Translations under genes and position numbers: made by a program
DNA from: Octopus sinensis
Lineage: Eukaryota
Direction of reading: 5' to 3'
Length of the DNA stretch: 64,000 nt
Assembly: GCF_006345805.1 (NCBI RefSeq)
Contig: NC_043010.1
Coordinates: forward strand, 26,164,001-26,228,000
Notes under the pieces: model-generated
Told to the model about the DNA's origin: nothing
The model's input: only the letters and a program-made list of their open reading frames with translations
Database searches by the model: none
Part shown: positions 11,091 to 24,190 of the stretch, in pieces
How the letters are laid out: each line of letters begins with the position of its first letter
How positions within the stretch are numbered: the first letter of the stretch is position 1

Positions 11091-12094
11091 TAGCAGTATC
11101 GCCCGGCGTTGCTCGGGTTTGTAAGGGAAATAACTATATAAGCATTTTTAGAGAGTTATAGCCAAAAGTAGCAAAAAAATGCATTAAAAATTGAAAAAAA
11201 ATTAAGGTAAATTTTTCTTTAAATCGTTGACACATCGTAGATATTTTTAGAGAGTTACTTCCCTTATATAAAAGCGAAAAAATGCATAAAATTAAAAATA
11301 TGATGGTAATTTTTTTTTAAATCGTAGACTCATCGTAGACGCGCGCTAATACCCAGAAGGGCTCGTTTGTTATTCTGGGTAACTTTCTGTAAAATTATAA
11401 AATTTTGTTCAAACACGCTATAGAAAATGGGTTATAGCTAATATTCAATTGGGATATACAACAAAATTTTACGATAGAATTGTTATTCTGGGAACTTCTG
11501 ATACCCATAATAATATTTATGGCAAAATAGGCCTTAATTTCATTAAGGTTGTGTGAAATTAAAACTATCCTTTCTTTCGGTTGTTTACGTTTAGCGTAAT
11601 GATTTCAAATAGGCTCATTCGAAAAAGTAAATAGAATAGTCTAAGGCTTTACTCTTCGGGAAAGTCTGTGGCTTGGTCCAGTTTCTTCAGAAAACCACCG
11701 AAGAAACAGTTTTTAAATTTTCACTCCATTCAGGTGCCAATTCGTTTTCTTTATCGCTGTCGGATTCACTGTTTTCACTTTAATAGCTGCCAACTTGCAA
11801 AAACAAAGAGGGGAAGGGTGATAGCGTCAGTGAAACAATTCGCTCCCTTTGTGTGTGTGTGCGTTTGCGTGTGGTGTAAACCAGACTAAGAAAAGCGTTT
11901 GACACACACACCAGAATGTGAGTTTTCTGTAAATTTTGCTTAATTGGAGTTTAAATTTTAAAAACTGGACCTGGCATGACGCGATGCATTGTACTTAAAA
12001 CTGCTAGGTAAATTGTAATTGAAGAAATCCTATATTGTAGATTTCTATAACTCCCAAAGGGAGGCAGATAAAATCTGCCTTTTATAATAAGAGA
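11090..12094 (-). mobile_element. Non-autonomous Helitron with both termini intact (~1.0 kb)
   Basis: On the minus strand it starts A|TC (12094) and ends with a CCCG-AGCAACGC-CGGG hairpin plus CTAG|T (11090-11093). Extra perfect hairpin AGGCAGAT-AAA-ATCTGCCT at 12062-12080. Two internal ~105-bp direct repeats. Confidence 0.85.
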
Positions 12095-12165
12095 TATATA
12101 TATATATATATATATATACATATTATATATGCATATATATAACACCACACAAAACACGTATATAC

Positions 12166-12221
<56 letters not shown>

Positions 12222-12989
12222 TATTGCATATTATTTCTCCATACAGGGGTTTTTTTCAATGGCGGCCCATTTTCGCGGGGTTCTACTGTTTTCTCTATCT
12301 ATCTCTCTCTCTCCCTTTCTCACGTTGTCTGCCATTCCCCCCCTTCCATTGCTAAGAGCATTTCTAAGCCAGCCCGTCAGTTCAAACTTCGTATATTTCC
12401 GGTGCACCCGCCCTTGCCCACCCCCACCACCAATACCGGATATCTCTATATTTTTGCTCCATCTATACCGGATGTCGCTTCTCCCACCACCATTATAGGT
12501 GTCTACTCTTCGAACCCCCTCTTCAATACGCTATTTCACCATGCATTACCCCTCTCTTGATATCCTACGTTCTACTTGCCTAGAACCTGTCATCATTCTC
12601 TGAACCACACCCTCCCCACTGGTGCTCCCCATATATTTCTGCCCCCCCCACATAAAAGCACCATCCGAACGTGGCCGATGCCAGACCCCTCTGGCACCTG
12701 TGCAGGTGGCACGTAAAAAACACCCACTACACTCGCGGAGTGGTTGGCGTTAGGAAGGGCATCCAGCTGTAGAAACACTGCCAGACTAGACTGGAGCCTG
12801 GGGCAGTCCCAAGCTCCCCAGACCCCGGTCGAAACCGTCCAACCCGTGCTAGCGCGGAAAACGGACGTTAAACGATGATGATGATGATGATGATGATATA
12901 TATATATATATGCATACACACACATACATATATATATATATGCTTATATATATGCATACACATATATATATGTGCATACACACACACAC

Positions 12990-13051
<62 letters not shown>

Positions 13052-13056
<5 letters not shown>

Positions 13057-13241
13057 TGCCATGATAGATCGTTAGCCACTACACACATTTTTTTTCTCTC
13101 CTTGTTTTTTCTGTGTACCTTTCTGTAGAAGAGTGTAGGCTCGAAACGTAAAAGACTTTTTCTATTCCTGAGCACTATACTAATACATCTGTTTGTTTTG
13201 TACACCACCTGTCTTCGTCTTTTGTTTTTGTCGTAAACTTT

Positions 13242-13246
<5 letters not shown>
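13052..13246 (+). mobile_element. Short pLTR-like repeat containing a minimal hammerhead variant (other copies ~60430-60590 and ~63615-63685)
   Basis: The three copies share ...tctattcctgagcg/cactatactaatacatctgtttgttttgtacaccacctgtcttc...; fold at 13119-13154. Confidence 0.6.
13119..13154 (+). ncRNA. Candidate minimal type I hammerhead, A6U core variant
   Basis: CTTT-CTGTAGA-A-GAG-TGTAGG-CTC-GAAA-C-GTA-AAAG. Loopless helix III (ACGT palindrome), as in dimer-type minimal hammerheads. Confidence 0.5.
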
Positions 13247-13304
<58 letters not shown>

Positions 13305-14679
13305 CATATGAAAGGTTTTTATCAGTTTCTGTCCACCAAATCCCCTCAAAAGGCTTTGGTAGGCTCCTGGTTATAGTAGCAAACACTTGCCCAAGGTGCC
13401 ACATGGTAGAACTTAACCTGGAACCATGTGGTTAGAAAGCAAGCTTTTTACCACACAGCCACACTTGTGCATTGGGTATATGAGGCTTCTTTCAGTTTCC
13501 ATTTACCAAATCTACTCACAAGGCTTCAGCTGGCCTGAGGTTACAGCACAAAACACTTGCCCAAGGTGTCACATAGTGGGATTGAACCCAGAACCATGTG
13601 GTTGGGAAGCAAACATCTTACCACAGTCAGGCCTGTGCATTCTATGTAGAAATGCTTATCAAGAATGGTGAATCTGGGACATTTTTCAGCTGCACTCTGT
13701 ATATTCACTAATTTAACTATTATTTCTAGCAAGCTAGGCAGCCATATAGAGTCTCCCTCATTAGAATTTCAATATTAAACTGGTTAAACTAATAATATTA
13801 TTTATCTATGGCCGAGAATTTTTCTCAACACAAATTAAAAACATTTTTCTTTTTCTGCCAATCAACCGGAAATTGTCATTCGAAGCGTCAGTGCTTCAAG
13901 TCATTCAGATAATCTCAAATCAAACACAAATAGTCCAATAATGATAATTATGATGATGTTGATGTTGATGATGATAATGACGATGATGATGATGATGATG
14001 ATGATGATCGATGATTGATGATCGATGATGATTTTTTAATAGGAGAGCTTCTGGTTACATCCAAAATTTCTGGTGAGCATTCTGTATGAATGGAGACTGT
14101 CTAACTAGAAAAAGATCCCCTACCACCACACACACACACACGCATACACACACACACATAACTAGAGACATACATACATAACTACAAGCATACATATATA
14201 ACTACAAACACACACACACACACACACATACAGAGACACATACACACACACAAAAACACACACACACAAACACACAGACCCATACACACACACAAAAACA
14301 CACACACACACAAACACACACACATACAATCACACAATCATACATAGATATTACAGTTGCTTTATTTCCTTCAGTTTTGCCTGATTTGACAAAAGCGGGA
14401 TTTCAGCCATTTTTACACCTCATGGTTGAATGGCCTCCACAAGGAAAGGTATCCAGCTGTAAAAACAATTTGCTACAAAACTCACTCTACCAACCCAAGA
14501 TAGCTTCCAGAAATGGCTGGGACGATGGGGGGGTGGGGTGAATGAAATGTTAAACAGCAAAAATTTCCTTCATTTTTTTTCTTCTTTTATTTTCTATTCT
14601 TGGTTTTGATAATAATGATGATTCCTTCTCTGAATTGAATATTCCGGAAAATTTTTCATTTCAGCTTCAAGTGTCTTTC

Positions 14680-15390
14680 TGTCTGTCTATCACTCTCTCT
14701 CTTTCTTTTCCTCTCTGTCTTTCTCTCTCTCTCTCTCTCTACCTCCCTCTCACCTTTCGCTACCTAGTTTTTTCTCGCTATCTACCTCTCCCTCTCTCGC
14801 TCTACTTATCTCTCCTATCTATAACCTAGCTCCCTCTCTGTCCTCTCTCTCTTTCTATCTCTCAACCTCTCTCTCACCTTTGCCTACCTACTTTCTCTCT
14901 CCATCTATCGCTGCCTCTCTCTCCCTCTTTCTCTACTTCTCTCGCCTTTCTACACCCAGCTCTCTCTCTCTCTCTCCCACTACTTAGCTCTCTCTATCTC
15001 TATCTCTCCTTTTCTCTCTCACCTTTGTCTACCTAGTTTTTCTCTATATCTGCCTCTCTCTCTTTTTCAACTTCTCTCTCCTTTCTATACCTAGCTCTCT
15101 CTCTCTTTCTCTCTACCTAACTCTCTCTGTACCTAGCTCTCTCTCTCTACTTAGCTCTCTTTCCCTCTACCTAGTTCTCTCTCTCTCTACCTAACTCTCT
15201 CTCTCTCTCTCTCTCTCTACCTAGCACTCTCTCTCTCCCTACCTAGCACTCTCTCTCTACCTAGCTCTCTCTCTCTCTCTCCCTACCTAGCACTCTCTCT
15301 CTACCTAGCTCTCTCTCTCTCTCTCCCTACCTAGCACTCTCTCTCTCTTTCTACATAGGTCTCTCTCACTCTCCACCCCCTCTTTCTCTC
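14680..15390. repeat. Polypyrimidine (CT)n tract punctuated by recurring CTACCTAG/CTACTTAG modules
   Basis: More than 15 occurrences of tacctag-like motifs, each followed by a variable (CT)n run. Confidence 0.9.
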
Positions 15391-16260
15391 TGTACCCCCT
15401 TATTAGGAAACTTACTCAAACAGTCAAGCATTCATCCTCTGTCCTGGGTACATTTTTATCAGGCAGGACAGAAAGGAAGGTAGGGGGTAAATGATTAGGT
15501 AAGAATTAGAGTGAGGTGTGACCAGTGGTGTGTGTGTGTATAGATATGTGTGCATGTGTGTGCTAATGGAGGTGAAGCAAGAACAGCAGGGAAGAGAGAA
15601 GGGGTGTCTTCTTGTTGGAACACATTTCAATTGAAAAGTAACTAACACATCAACGCTCAATTCTCTTGACCAGAGTCCAATCCATAACAGGCAGACCATT
15701 CAAAGTTGCAACACCATTTCCAGCCAAAAACATCCAGACACCATTGTTGCTGCTATTGTTGTTGTTGTTGTTATTGTCCTGTCTTTTCTTTTACTTTTTA
15801 TTTTTGATCATCATTTTTATTCTTTTACTCTTACACACATATATACGACGGGTTTCTTTCAGGTTCCGTCTACCAAATCCACTCACAAGGCTTTGGTCTG
15901 CCCAAGGCTATGGTAGAAGACACTTTCCCGAGGTGCCACACAGTGGGACTGAACCCGTAATCATATGGTTGGTAAGCAAGCTTCTTACCACACAGTCTCT
16001 CCTATGCTTATTATTTTATTCATTTATGTTTTTACTTGTTTCAGGCATTAAGACTGTGGCCATGCTGGGGTACTGCCTTGAAGAATTTTTAGCCAGATAA
16101 ATTGACCCCAGTACTTTTTTTTTTTCTGTTAAATCCTGGTACTTATTCTTACTGGTCTCTTTTGGCAAACTGCTAAGTCACTAAGACACCAACACACCAA
16201 CACTGCTTGCCAGGCAGTGGCAGGGAAAAAAACACAGACACAAAGATACATGTGTGTATA

Positions 16261-16800
16261 TCTTTATATATATAAAACTGAGAATGTGTGTCTGTCTGTG
16301 TGTTTCCCTAAAACTTGAGAACTACACAACCAATTTCATTCAAATTTTACACATGCCTTACTTAGGGTCCATGTAGTTTCATGAGCAAAAAAAAATGTTC
16401 AACTTCTTGTCTAGGGTGAGCCCATAGCAATATCATATCTTCTCCACTATTTCAGTATTACGTTTTAAAAGTGAAACAAAAACATTTCTCCATTTTATGT
16501 CAGATACTTTCACTTTAACAATAAAAATTAGTGATAATAATAACAATTGAATTATATGTAGTAAGTAATAATTAAAATCAAACTAAAGTATAATATAATA
16601 ATTAAATCGTAACATAACAAAAGTAAAAATAACAATTGGTATAAAATTGCATCAATGACTTGAACTTGAATAAGTGGTTTCACATGAATGGGAATAAATT
16701 AAAAATAAAATTAGTGTGCAGAAATGGAATAGTCCAGATGGAGCTATGCACATACCCTTTACCATGGCTTTTACATTAGATTATCTGCTAATTAACTAGC
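16261..16800 (+). mobile_element. Helitron-type non-autonomous element, 5' part
   Basis: Starts A|TCTTTATATATATAAAA...GTCTGTCTGTG, like the element at 19500. No hairpin plus CTAG|T end found, so the right boundary is uncertain. Confidence 0.55.
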
Positions 16801-17184
16801 ATTAAGTATCTATATGAAGTTTGGCTGTATGTAATGTCTGTTTTCTCGAACAGCCGCTTCTACTGAGTACTGCTGTTGGTTTATTTCTTATACATAAAGG
16901 ACTATAGCTTGAACTGTCTACTGCTTTTTGATTCACCGTAAGGTTTGTTATTATTATTACTGTTTAACTATTGTTATCACGTTTGTTGGTTCCTCGAAAG
17001 GGAAACGTTGTCGTGTTGCATTTGTTAAGTAATTGTAAACTGTAACACTCCCCCTTTGGGAGAAGGAGCTTTGGTTATTGTTTAAAAATTGAATTGTGTC
17101 CCTGTTTGGGGAAATTGACAATATTTTCACCGTTTATACGGAAGCATTTTTGTTAGAATGCCTTCGATAGAAGAAAGTCCAAAA

Positions 17185-17700
17185 ATGAATTTCGCTGCAG
17201 CCATCGGCGGACACGAACTCATTAAAATTAAAATGGAAGAAATACAAACCTATTTCGGATTGATCACCAACAAAGACGGTGAATCTAGGATAACACCACC
17301 AAACGAAATAAAAAATTAAATTAAAGAAAAGTATACAATGTAGAGAAAAAAAAAAGATTTGAACACCTGGAGGAAAGCACCATCGAAACGTGTCTTCGTG
17401 CAACTATGAAAGATATCAAGTATCTAACCAGAGGCGGTAAATTCACCACAATAGAAGCAAGGTTCAAGTCAACGGAGTGTGCAAGGGAGTATTCAACTCG
17501 AACCTTGCAAAGTGGAAATATTTTATTTTTACCTTTATATTTGGGACGTAGGACATCCCGGATAAAAATTTAAAATGTCCGCCCAGAAGTAGAGGTAGGC
17601 TGGATTGTAGCCACACTTCTATACAAGAGGGAGGACAAGTTACAATTGACCGAAATTGCAAGAGACGGGCCTACAATTCCAGTCTGTTATATATTTTGAG
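17185..17700 (+). pseudogene. Decayed non-LTR retrotransposon ORF1 (RRM-like) fragment
   Basis: MNFAAAIGGHELIKIKMEEIQTYFG... then ...FKSTECAREYSTRTLQSGNILFLPLYLGRRTSRIKI*NVRPEVEVGWIVATLL. The YLGRR...I.NVxPE pattern resembles LINE ORF1 RRM regions. Stops are present. Confidence 0.55.
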
Positions 17701-17767
17701 TATTGTTGTCACTAGCGATATCAAGATATAACTTTGTATTTTGTATTTTACGTGTAGATGTATATAT

Positions 17768-18002
17768 ATAACATAAGGGACATTAGCCATCTGAATGTGG
17801 CTAGGGACAGGGCAGGGCGGTGGGGGTGTTACTGATGCATTTAGCCCCAGGCGATCATCAACGTCACCAGGAGGGCTGACGCCATCACGGCGTCCTCTAG
17901 TGGTGACGTTGATGATCGCCTGGGGTTAAATGCATCAGTAACACCCCCACCGCCCTGCCCTGTCCCTAGCCACATTCAGATGGCTAACGTCTCTTATGTT
18001 AT
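17768..18002. mobile_element. GC-rich near-perfect palindrome (foldback MITE-like), TA at both ends
   Basis: Arms 17768-17869 and 17901-18002 are 102 bp each with 3 mismatches. The 31-nt loop holds an inner GACGCC/GGCGTC stem. Confidence 0.85.
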
Positions 18003-18182
18003 GGAGCAGTTACTGTCTATATCTCGTTTAGAGATTTATTATTGCTGTATATATATAGATGTACATGTAATATGTACACATATATACATGCACTAGCACT
18101 ATGACCTGGCAACAACAGGTCATAATGCTAGTATGTATATATATATATGAATATATACATATACAAATATATACAAATATAT

Positions 18183-18225
<43 letters not shown>

Positions 18226-18592
18226 AAATACACACACACACACATATATAGTGGGTCTCACAGAGACAAGGTGGCTGAGTTCCTTTCGAATGGGCCTCAT
18301 GAATGCAAAGTAGACAATGTTGGGCCTCACGGAGGCAGTGAGTAAGACCTTTAGCATTATGTCATGCTTGAAAAGAAAAGGCATCAAGCCGAGCAAAATC
18401 GCAGTCACAGCAGATACTGGTGTCACGCAAATGGCACTTGTGCTGGTGGCACATAAAAGCATCCAAAGGGCATCCAGATGTAGAAAACCATGCCAAATCA
18501 GACTGGATTCTTGCGCAGCCTTCCAGCGTGCCAGCCCCAGTGAAACCGTCCAACCCATGCCAGCATGGACAACGGACAGTAAATGATGATGA

Positions 18593-18639
<47 letters not shown>

Positions 18640-19447
18640 ATATATGACATACTTTCAGTTACCAAATCCACTCACAAGGCTCTGTTCGGAAAACACTTGT
18701 TCGAGGTGCCACACAGTGGAACTGAACCCGAGAAGCATGTGGTTGGGAAGCAAGCTTCTTACCACTCAACCATGCCAGCACCATCAGTGTTTGTTTTTGT
18801 TTTTCTGTTTTCATTTTTGCTTCAGCTTCAACCACTCTTACTATTGGCTTTGTTGTTTTTGTTTTTATTATTCATGTTATTAAGTATTTCCCAGTATATA
18901 ATGTACAATCTGTCAGCCCCTCAACCCCAGTCACCCAACCACATGCACCCGCACACACACACACACACACACACACTATAAAATTTCAAGCGTGTTGGTT
19001 CAAGCCAACTGCTGTCATTTGATTAGCATTCAAGACAAGGCCAAATCATCTTTTATTCATCAGACAGCCATATTATGCAGGATTAATGGACTTAAGAATG
19101 TGATAGGGTGTATATTTTTTATGGACTTCTAGTAGCCATAATGGACTTATGATGGCTATAATGGATTATGGTAGCCACAAAGTGAAAGATTTTTATGGAC
19201 ATACAATTGACACAACCAGTAAGTTTTTACATTCACAAGATACGAATATGAATATGAAATAGTCTTATGATATGGGCGTAGGTGCTGTGTGGTTGAGAAG
19301 TTTGTTTGTCATCCATGTGGTTTCAGGTTTGGTCCCAATGCATGGCACCTTGGGTAAATGTCTTCTACTACAGCCCTGGACCAACCAAAGCCTAGACTGA
19401 AAAAGAAAGAAGCATATTGTGTGTGTGTGCGTGTGTATGGAAATATG

Positions 19448-19499
<52 letters not shown>

Positions 19500-19854
19500 T
19501 CTATATACATAAATGTGTAATGGTGTCTGTCTGTGTGCCTGGGGTTACTCTAACTCCTCCCAATGGATTTTAATGATTTTTGGCACATAGGCATATCACA
19601 TGCCCTGAAGTTCAAATAAAGCTGGAATTTTTTGAAAACTCAATAATGCTCAGTTGGCATCAATTTTTGTGAACTCTATCAGGCATTTGTATGGAAATTC
19701 CCATAACGATGTTACTTTACCTACAGCTTTTGCATGTTTTGTCATGTAAAATTTCAACAAAATCGATAGAATAGTCTCTAAGGAAATGCTTATTCAATAT
19801 AAGGTCAGTGTCAGAGGTGGGCTTAACACACGCAACACCAGGTCCAACAGCTAG
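19500..19854 (+). mobile_element. Short non-autonomous Helitron-type element (~355 bp)
   Basis: A|TCTATATACATAAA...GTCTGTCTGT start. End cacgcaacaccaggtccaacagCTAG|T is a decayed hairpin plus CTAG. Confidence 0.72.
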
Positions 19855-20613
19855 TACATACATACACATGTGTGTGGTGGCGTGCAGGGCCTAGTGGTTA
19901 CGATGTTGCACTCACGGTTTAAAGATCATAGTTTCAGTTTCCAGACTTGTGGGGCATTGTGGTCTTGATAAAAACACTTCATTTCATGTCCACTAGGCTG
20001 TAAATGGGTAACCCTGCAATGAACAAATGTACCATTCTGGTAGAATGTTGGCCTGCTCACCTAGCCAGTGGGATGACATCATTTCAAAAGCCACAACAAA
20101 GTGAATAAGTACATTGTGACCAATGGCATATAACAACCTCCAATAACCTGGCAACATTCGAGCGTGGTCAATGCTAGTGACCCCTGACTGGTTCCATGCT
20201 GGTGGCACGTAACAAGTAACATTTCAGCATGGTCGTTGCCAGTGCTGCCTGACTGGCTCCCATGCTGGTGGCACATAAAAAGCACCATTCAAGTGTGGTT
20301 GATGCCAGCATCGCCTGATTGGCCCTCATGTTGGTGGCACGTAAAAAGCATCCACCACACTCTTGGAGTGGTTGGTGTTAGGAAGGGCATCCAGCTGTAG
20401 AAACTTTGCCAGATCGAATTGGAGCCTTGCGCAGCCTTCTGGCTTGCCAGCCCTCAGTCAAACCGTCCAACCCATCCTAGCATGGAAAGTGGACGTTAAA
20501 CAATGATGATGATGATATATATACTATGTTTAATATACTGTGTATAATACACATGGTATTTAAATATGAGCAGCTATCAGTTCCATACTGTGGTAAAACA
20601 ATAAATTGGCAAG

Positions 20614-20658
<45 letters not shown>

Positions 20659-21175
20659 ATCCTTGTGTTATAAATTCAAAAATACAAATAGTATCTATAC
20701 ATAAAAGTGCCAGTGCGGTGCCACATAAAAGCACCCAGCACACTTGGTAAAATGGTCGGCATCAGGAAGGGCATCAAGTAGTAGAAATCATGCCAAATCA
20801 GACTGGAGCATGGTGCAGCTCTCCAGCTTGCCAGCCCTGAACAAACCATCCAACCCATGCCAACATGGACAACAGATGTTAAAATAATGATGATGATGAT
20901 CTCACTGAATGGAATATGTTTTTGTTGATTCCATCAATAACTGAACAGTAAAATTATACATATGCTGGTGCCATGTAAAAAGCACTGGCAATGGTGCTAC
21001 TTAAAAAGCACCTAGCAAATACTGCAAAGTGGTTGGCATTAGGAAGGGCATCCAGCCATAGAAACCATACCAAAACAGACAATGGAACTTAGTAACCTCC
21101 CCAACTCAATCCAACCTTGCCGGCTCCTGACAAACCATCCAATATGGGAAACAGATGTTAAATGATGTGGATGAT

Positions 21176-21236
<61 letters not shown>

Positions 21237-21284
21237 ATGTATGTATGTATGTATACACACACGAGACAGAGAGACATGTATACA

Positions 21285-21317
<33 letters not shown>

Positions 21318-22472
21318 GTATGTGTGTTTGTGTGAGTGAGTTCATATTTCCTGTTAACACTAGTATCTGCTCTCTAATTGTAAATGATGGCTTTACTAAT
21401 GATGCTGTTCAGTTGCAGGGCATTGTCTAAGCATGTCTGGGCTTCTTGACAAGTCTCAACATGTTTCATGGTCTTTGTAAACAAAATCATTCATCCGCAG
21501 CATGTTATTTGTTTCCAGTTCTCTATGTGGGCATGTCCAGGCTGTTTCTTGTCCACTAGACTGGAAGGTTATTACCCTGCTCAAAAAGAGGTCATGGTCA
21601 GCAACAGGAAGGATGCCCGGTCACAGGAAACTCTGCCCAAACATATTCATGTCTGACCCATGCAAATATGGAAAGGTAGATGTTAAAACAAATAATGACA
21701 ATGACAACAACAGCAACAATAATGATGGTGATGACAACAACAACAATAGTGGAGGCGCAATGGCCCAGCAGTTTCGATTCCCAAACCGGACATTGTGAGT
21801 GTTTATTGAGCAAAAAAACCTAAGCTCCACGAGGCTCCAGTGGGGGTGGGGGTGAACCCCCACTATATTCTTTCACCACAACTTTCTCTCACTCTTTCTT
21901 CATACTTCTGCCACAAAGCAGAGGAACCATAGTGTAACCCACAATAGTGTGGTAAACTTTCAGACCCTAGTCTAGATTGCGAATCCTCTGTACCCCAGGA
22001 TGGTTCAGCTCTCCACCCGTTAAAAGCCACCATTTACAGAATGAGGTTAACAACGTAACTTTTGAACCCCGTGCAACCGCCAGTCTATCGCGTGTGTGTG
22101 GTGGGTGGATCTTCAAGTTGCCACACGCATTCTTAGTAGCTCAGAGTAGGCTCGAATGAGAGATTATTCTTTGTGGCTAATGGCGTGAGTCCTGATTGGA
22201 AGAAGAAGAAGAAGACAACAACAATAATGACGATGATGATGACGATGACATTGATGAACATTAAGATAGTCATAAGATAGTCATAAGATGATAAGATGGT
22301 CTTAAAATGTGTGACACAAACACATCCAGATGACCAAGACACACAGACAGACACAGTCACACAAGGAAAAAAGAAATTAAAACAAGGAAGGAAAATACGT
22401 GAGTGGAGACATGAAGAAAAAGACAAATTGAAAAGAAAAAATGAATGAATTATAGAAATCTTTGAGACAGAC

Positions 22473-22559
22473 CTTGTCTTTGAAAGCTTCCATAAACCCG
22501 GCAGTGCTTCCGGTACAGTGGATCAAACAGAGAGCATGTACCCTTGAAGGTTGGTTAAT
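22473..22559 (-). CDS. NDRG: NDRG-family protein exon (INQPSRVHALCLIHCTGSTAGFMEAFKDK)
   Basis: Minus strand reads ttatttttccag|ATTAAC...GACAAG|gtctgt. 87 nt, phase 0-0. Continues the frame and lies inside ORF-track ORF 22377..22862. Confidence 0.9.
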
Positions 22560-23009
22560 CTGGAAAAATAAAACAAAAACATTTTTGCATGTTGATTTGT
22601 TACTGTTGACACTTGCGCAAGATGTTACGCAGTGGGATTGAACCCAGAAGCAGGTGGTTGGGAGATGCCAGCCAAACACTGCCATTAGATTATTCTGCAG
22701 GAGAAAACTGCAACTTAGCACTACTGCTTCAACTTGAGCCATCAGATGGATAACTGATCCTTGGTGTGAATTCTCTGAGAATCTCTTATCACAGTTTTGT
22801 ATAGGTGGGTTACCTTTCCATTGTTTCACATCGTAAGTATGCTGCTGCACAAGGTCTCCCATATCTAACGCTTGCTGGGGATAATATTAAGTTTGATGGT
22901 TTACTCAAGACCGCCAAATGCCAATGAATTGGACATATATGTCAATTTTATGGATGAGGTAATAGTATTGTTGTATAGTGCATGTAACTGTAGACTATAC
23001 CACTTTCAT

Positions 23010-23345
23010 GATGGAAAGAAGGAAGAAAGAAGGAAAGAAAAAAGAATGAAATTCAAAGTTAAGACCAAAAGAAAAAATGAAAGAAAGATAGAAAGACAGA
23101 AAAATATGAAGGGAAAAGAAGGAAAAAGGAAGAAAGAAAGACAAAGAATGAAGGGAAAGAAGGAAATCAAAAGAAGGAAAAACAGAAAAAATGAAGGAAA
23201 AAAGAAAGGAAAGAAAGACAAAGAATGAAGGAAAAAGAAGGAAAAAGGAAAAAAGAAAGAAAGATGAAGAATGAAGGGAAAAGAAGGAAATCAAATGAAG
23301 GAAAAACAGAAAGAATGAAAAAAAAAGAAAGAAAAAGAATGAAAT
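23010..23345. repeat. Purine-rich (GAAA/GAAGGAAA) degenerate tandem tract
   Basis: Repeated gaaggaaaaagaaggaaa / gaaagacaaagaatgaaggga units. On the gene's strand this is a long polypyrimidine tract in the intron between exons 23382 and 22559. Confidence 0.85.
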
Positions 23346-23381
23346 TCCAGGAAGTCAAGACTGAAGGAAAAAAATACTTAC

Positions 23382-23442
23382 AGCAAGTCTAGCGAGAATA
23401 TTGGCTCCAGCGCCTTCTCCAATAGCAACAACTTGTTTGACA
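23382..23442 (-). CDS. NDRG: NDRG-family protein exon (VKQVVAIGEGAGANILARLA)
   Basis: Minus strand reads atttttggcag|TGTCAAA...CTTGCT|gtaagt. 61 nt. GEGAG is the nucleophile-elbow position with the catalytic Ser replaced by Gly, as in NDRGs. Confidence 0.95.
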
Positions 23443-23984
23443 CTGCCAAAAATATGAGATAACAATTATTTAAAAAATGGTAACAGATACAGGTAGGAAT
23501 GGAGAGGAAGGAGAAAAGGCAAAGATGAAAGGATTACAGGTAAGTACTGCAAGGTATAATTTTCATGAGGGTACACAACCAGTTTTACTACAGAAATAGC
23601 CTTGATGATGATGGTGGTGGTGGTGGTCATAACAATGATGACGGTGGTGCAGGAGATGATGATGATGATGTGGTGATGGTCATAAGGACAATGATGAAGG
23701 TGGTGCTACTGATGATGATGATCGAAGTGGGAGGTGATAATTGTGGTGGGGAGGGAGTAAAGGTTGTTAATGATGGTGGTGGTTGATGTAATGATGATAA
23801 TAGTAGTGATGGTGGTGGTGGTGGTGGTGGTGATGATGGAAATGGAAAGGGTGAGGGCATGGAGGTGGTTGGTGGTGATGATGATGAGATGGAGGTTGCC
23901 AATGAGACTAAAGAACCACCAGAAAGGGAGCTATCTTTCTAGTTAAAGTGCCAGACCCCCCACCACCACCAACAGACAATAACA

Positions 23985-24050
23985 AGTTGTCTAAAAGAAA
24001 CAGAGAAATAACCCAAATATAAAGATCTGGAAATAGAGATAACCACAATA
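23985..24050 (+). pseudogene. Small R4/Dong-type RLE endonuclease fragment
   Basis: LKETEK*PKYKDLEIEIT resembles LKEMEKLSKYKDLEIEVT at 47770-47840. Confidence 0.6.
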
Positions 24051-24190
24051 TGTATGTGTGCAAGTGTGTGTGCACTGAAAACAGCAAAGACCTAACTGAT
24101 TAGAAACAGAGAAGAGAGAGTAGAGAAAAAAGGAAAGTGGAAAAGAGAGAGGGAGAAGCAGACAGACATGCAACTAGGATGAATGCTTAA

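Noticed and set aside
12243-12288. Minus-strand CAGTAGAACCCCGCG start resembling a pogo/Tigger TIR
   Set aside because: Only one end is visible and there is no partner TIR or TSD, which is too little to call.
17375-17400. cctggagga...atcgaaacgtgtc as a hammerhead
   Set aside because: The core does not fit CTGANGA, there are no consistent stems, and it lies in frame within the LINE ORF1 relic.
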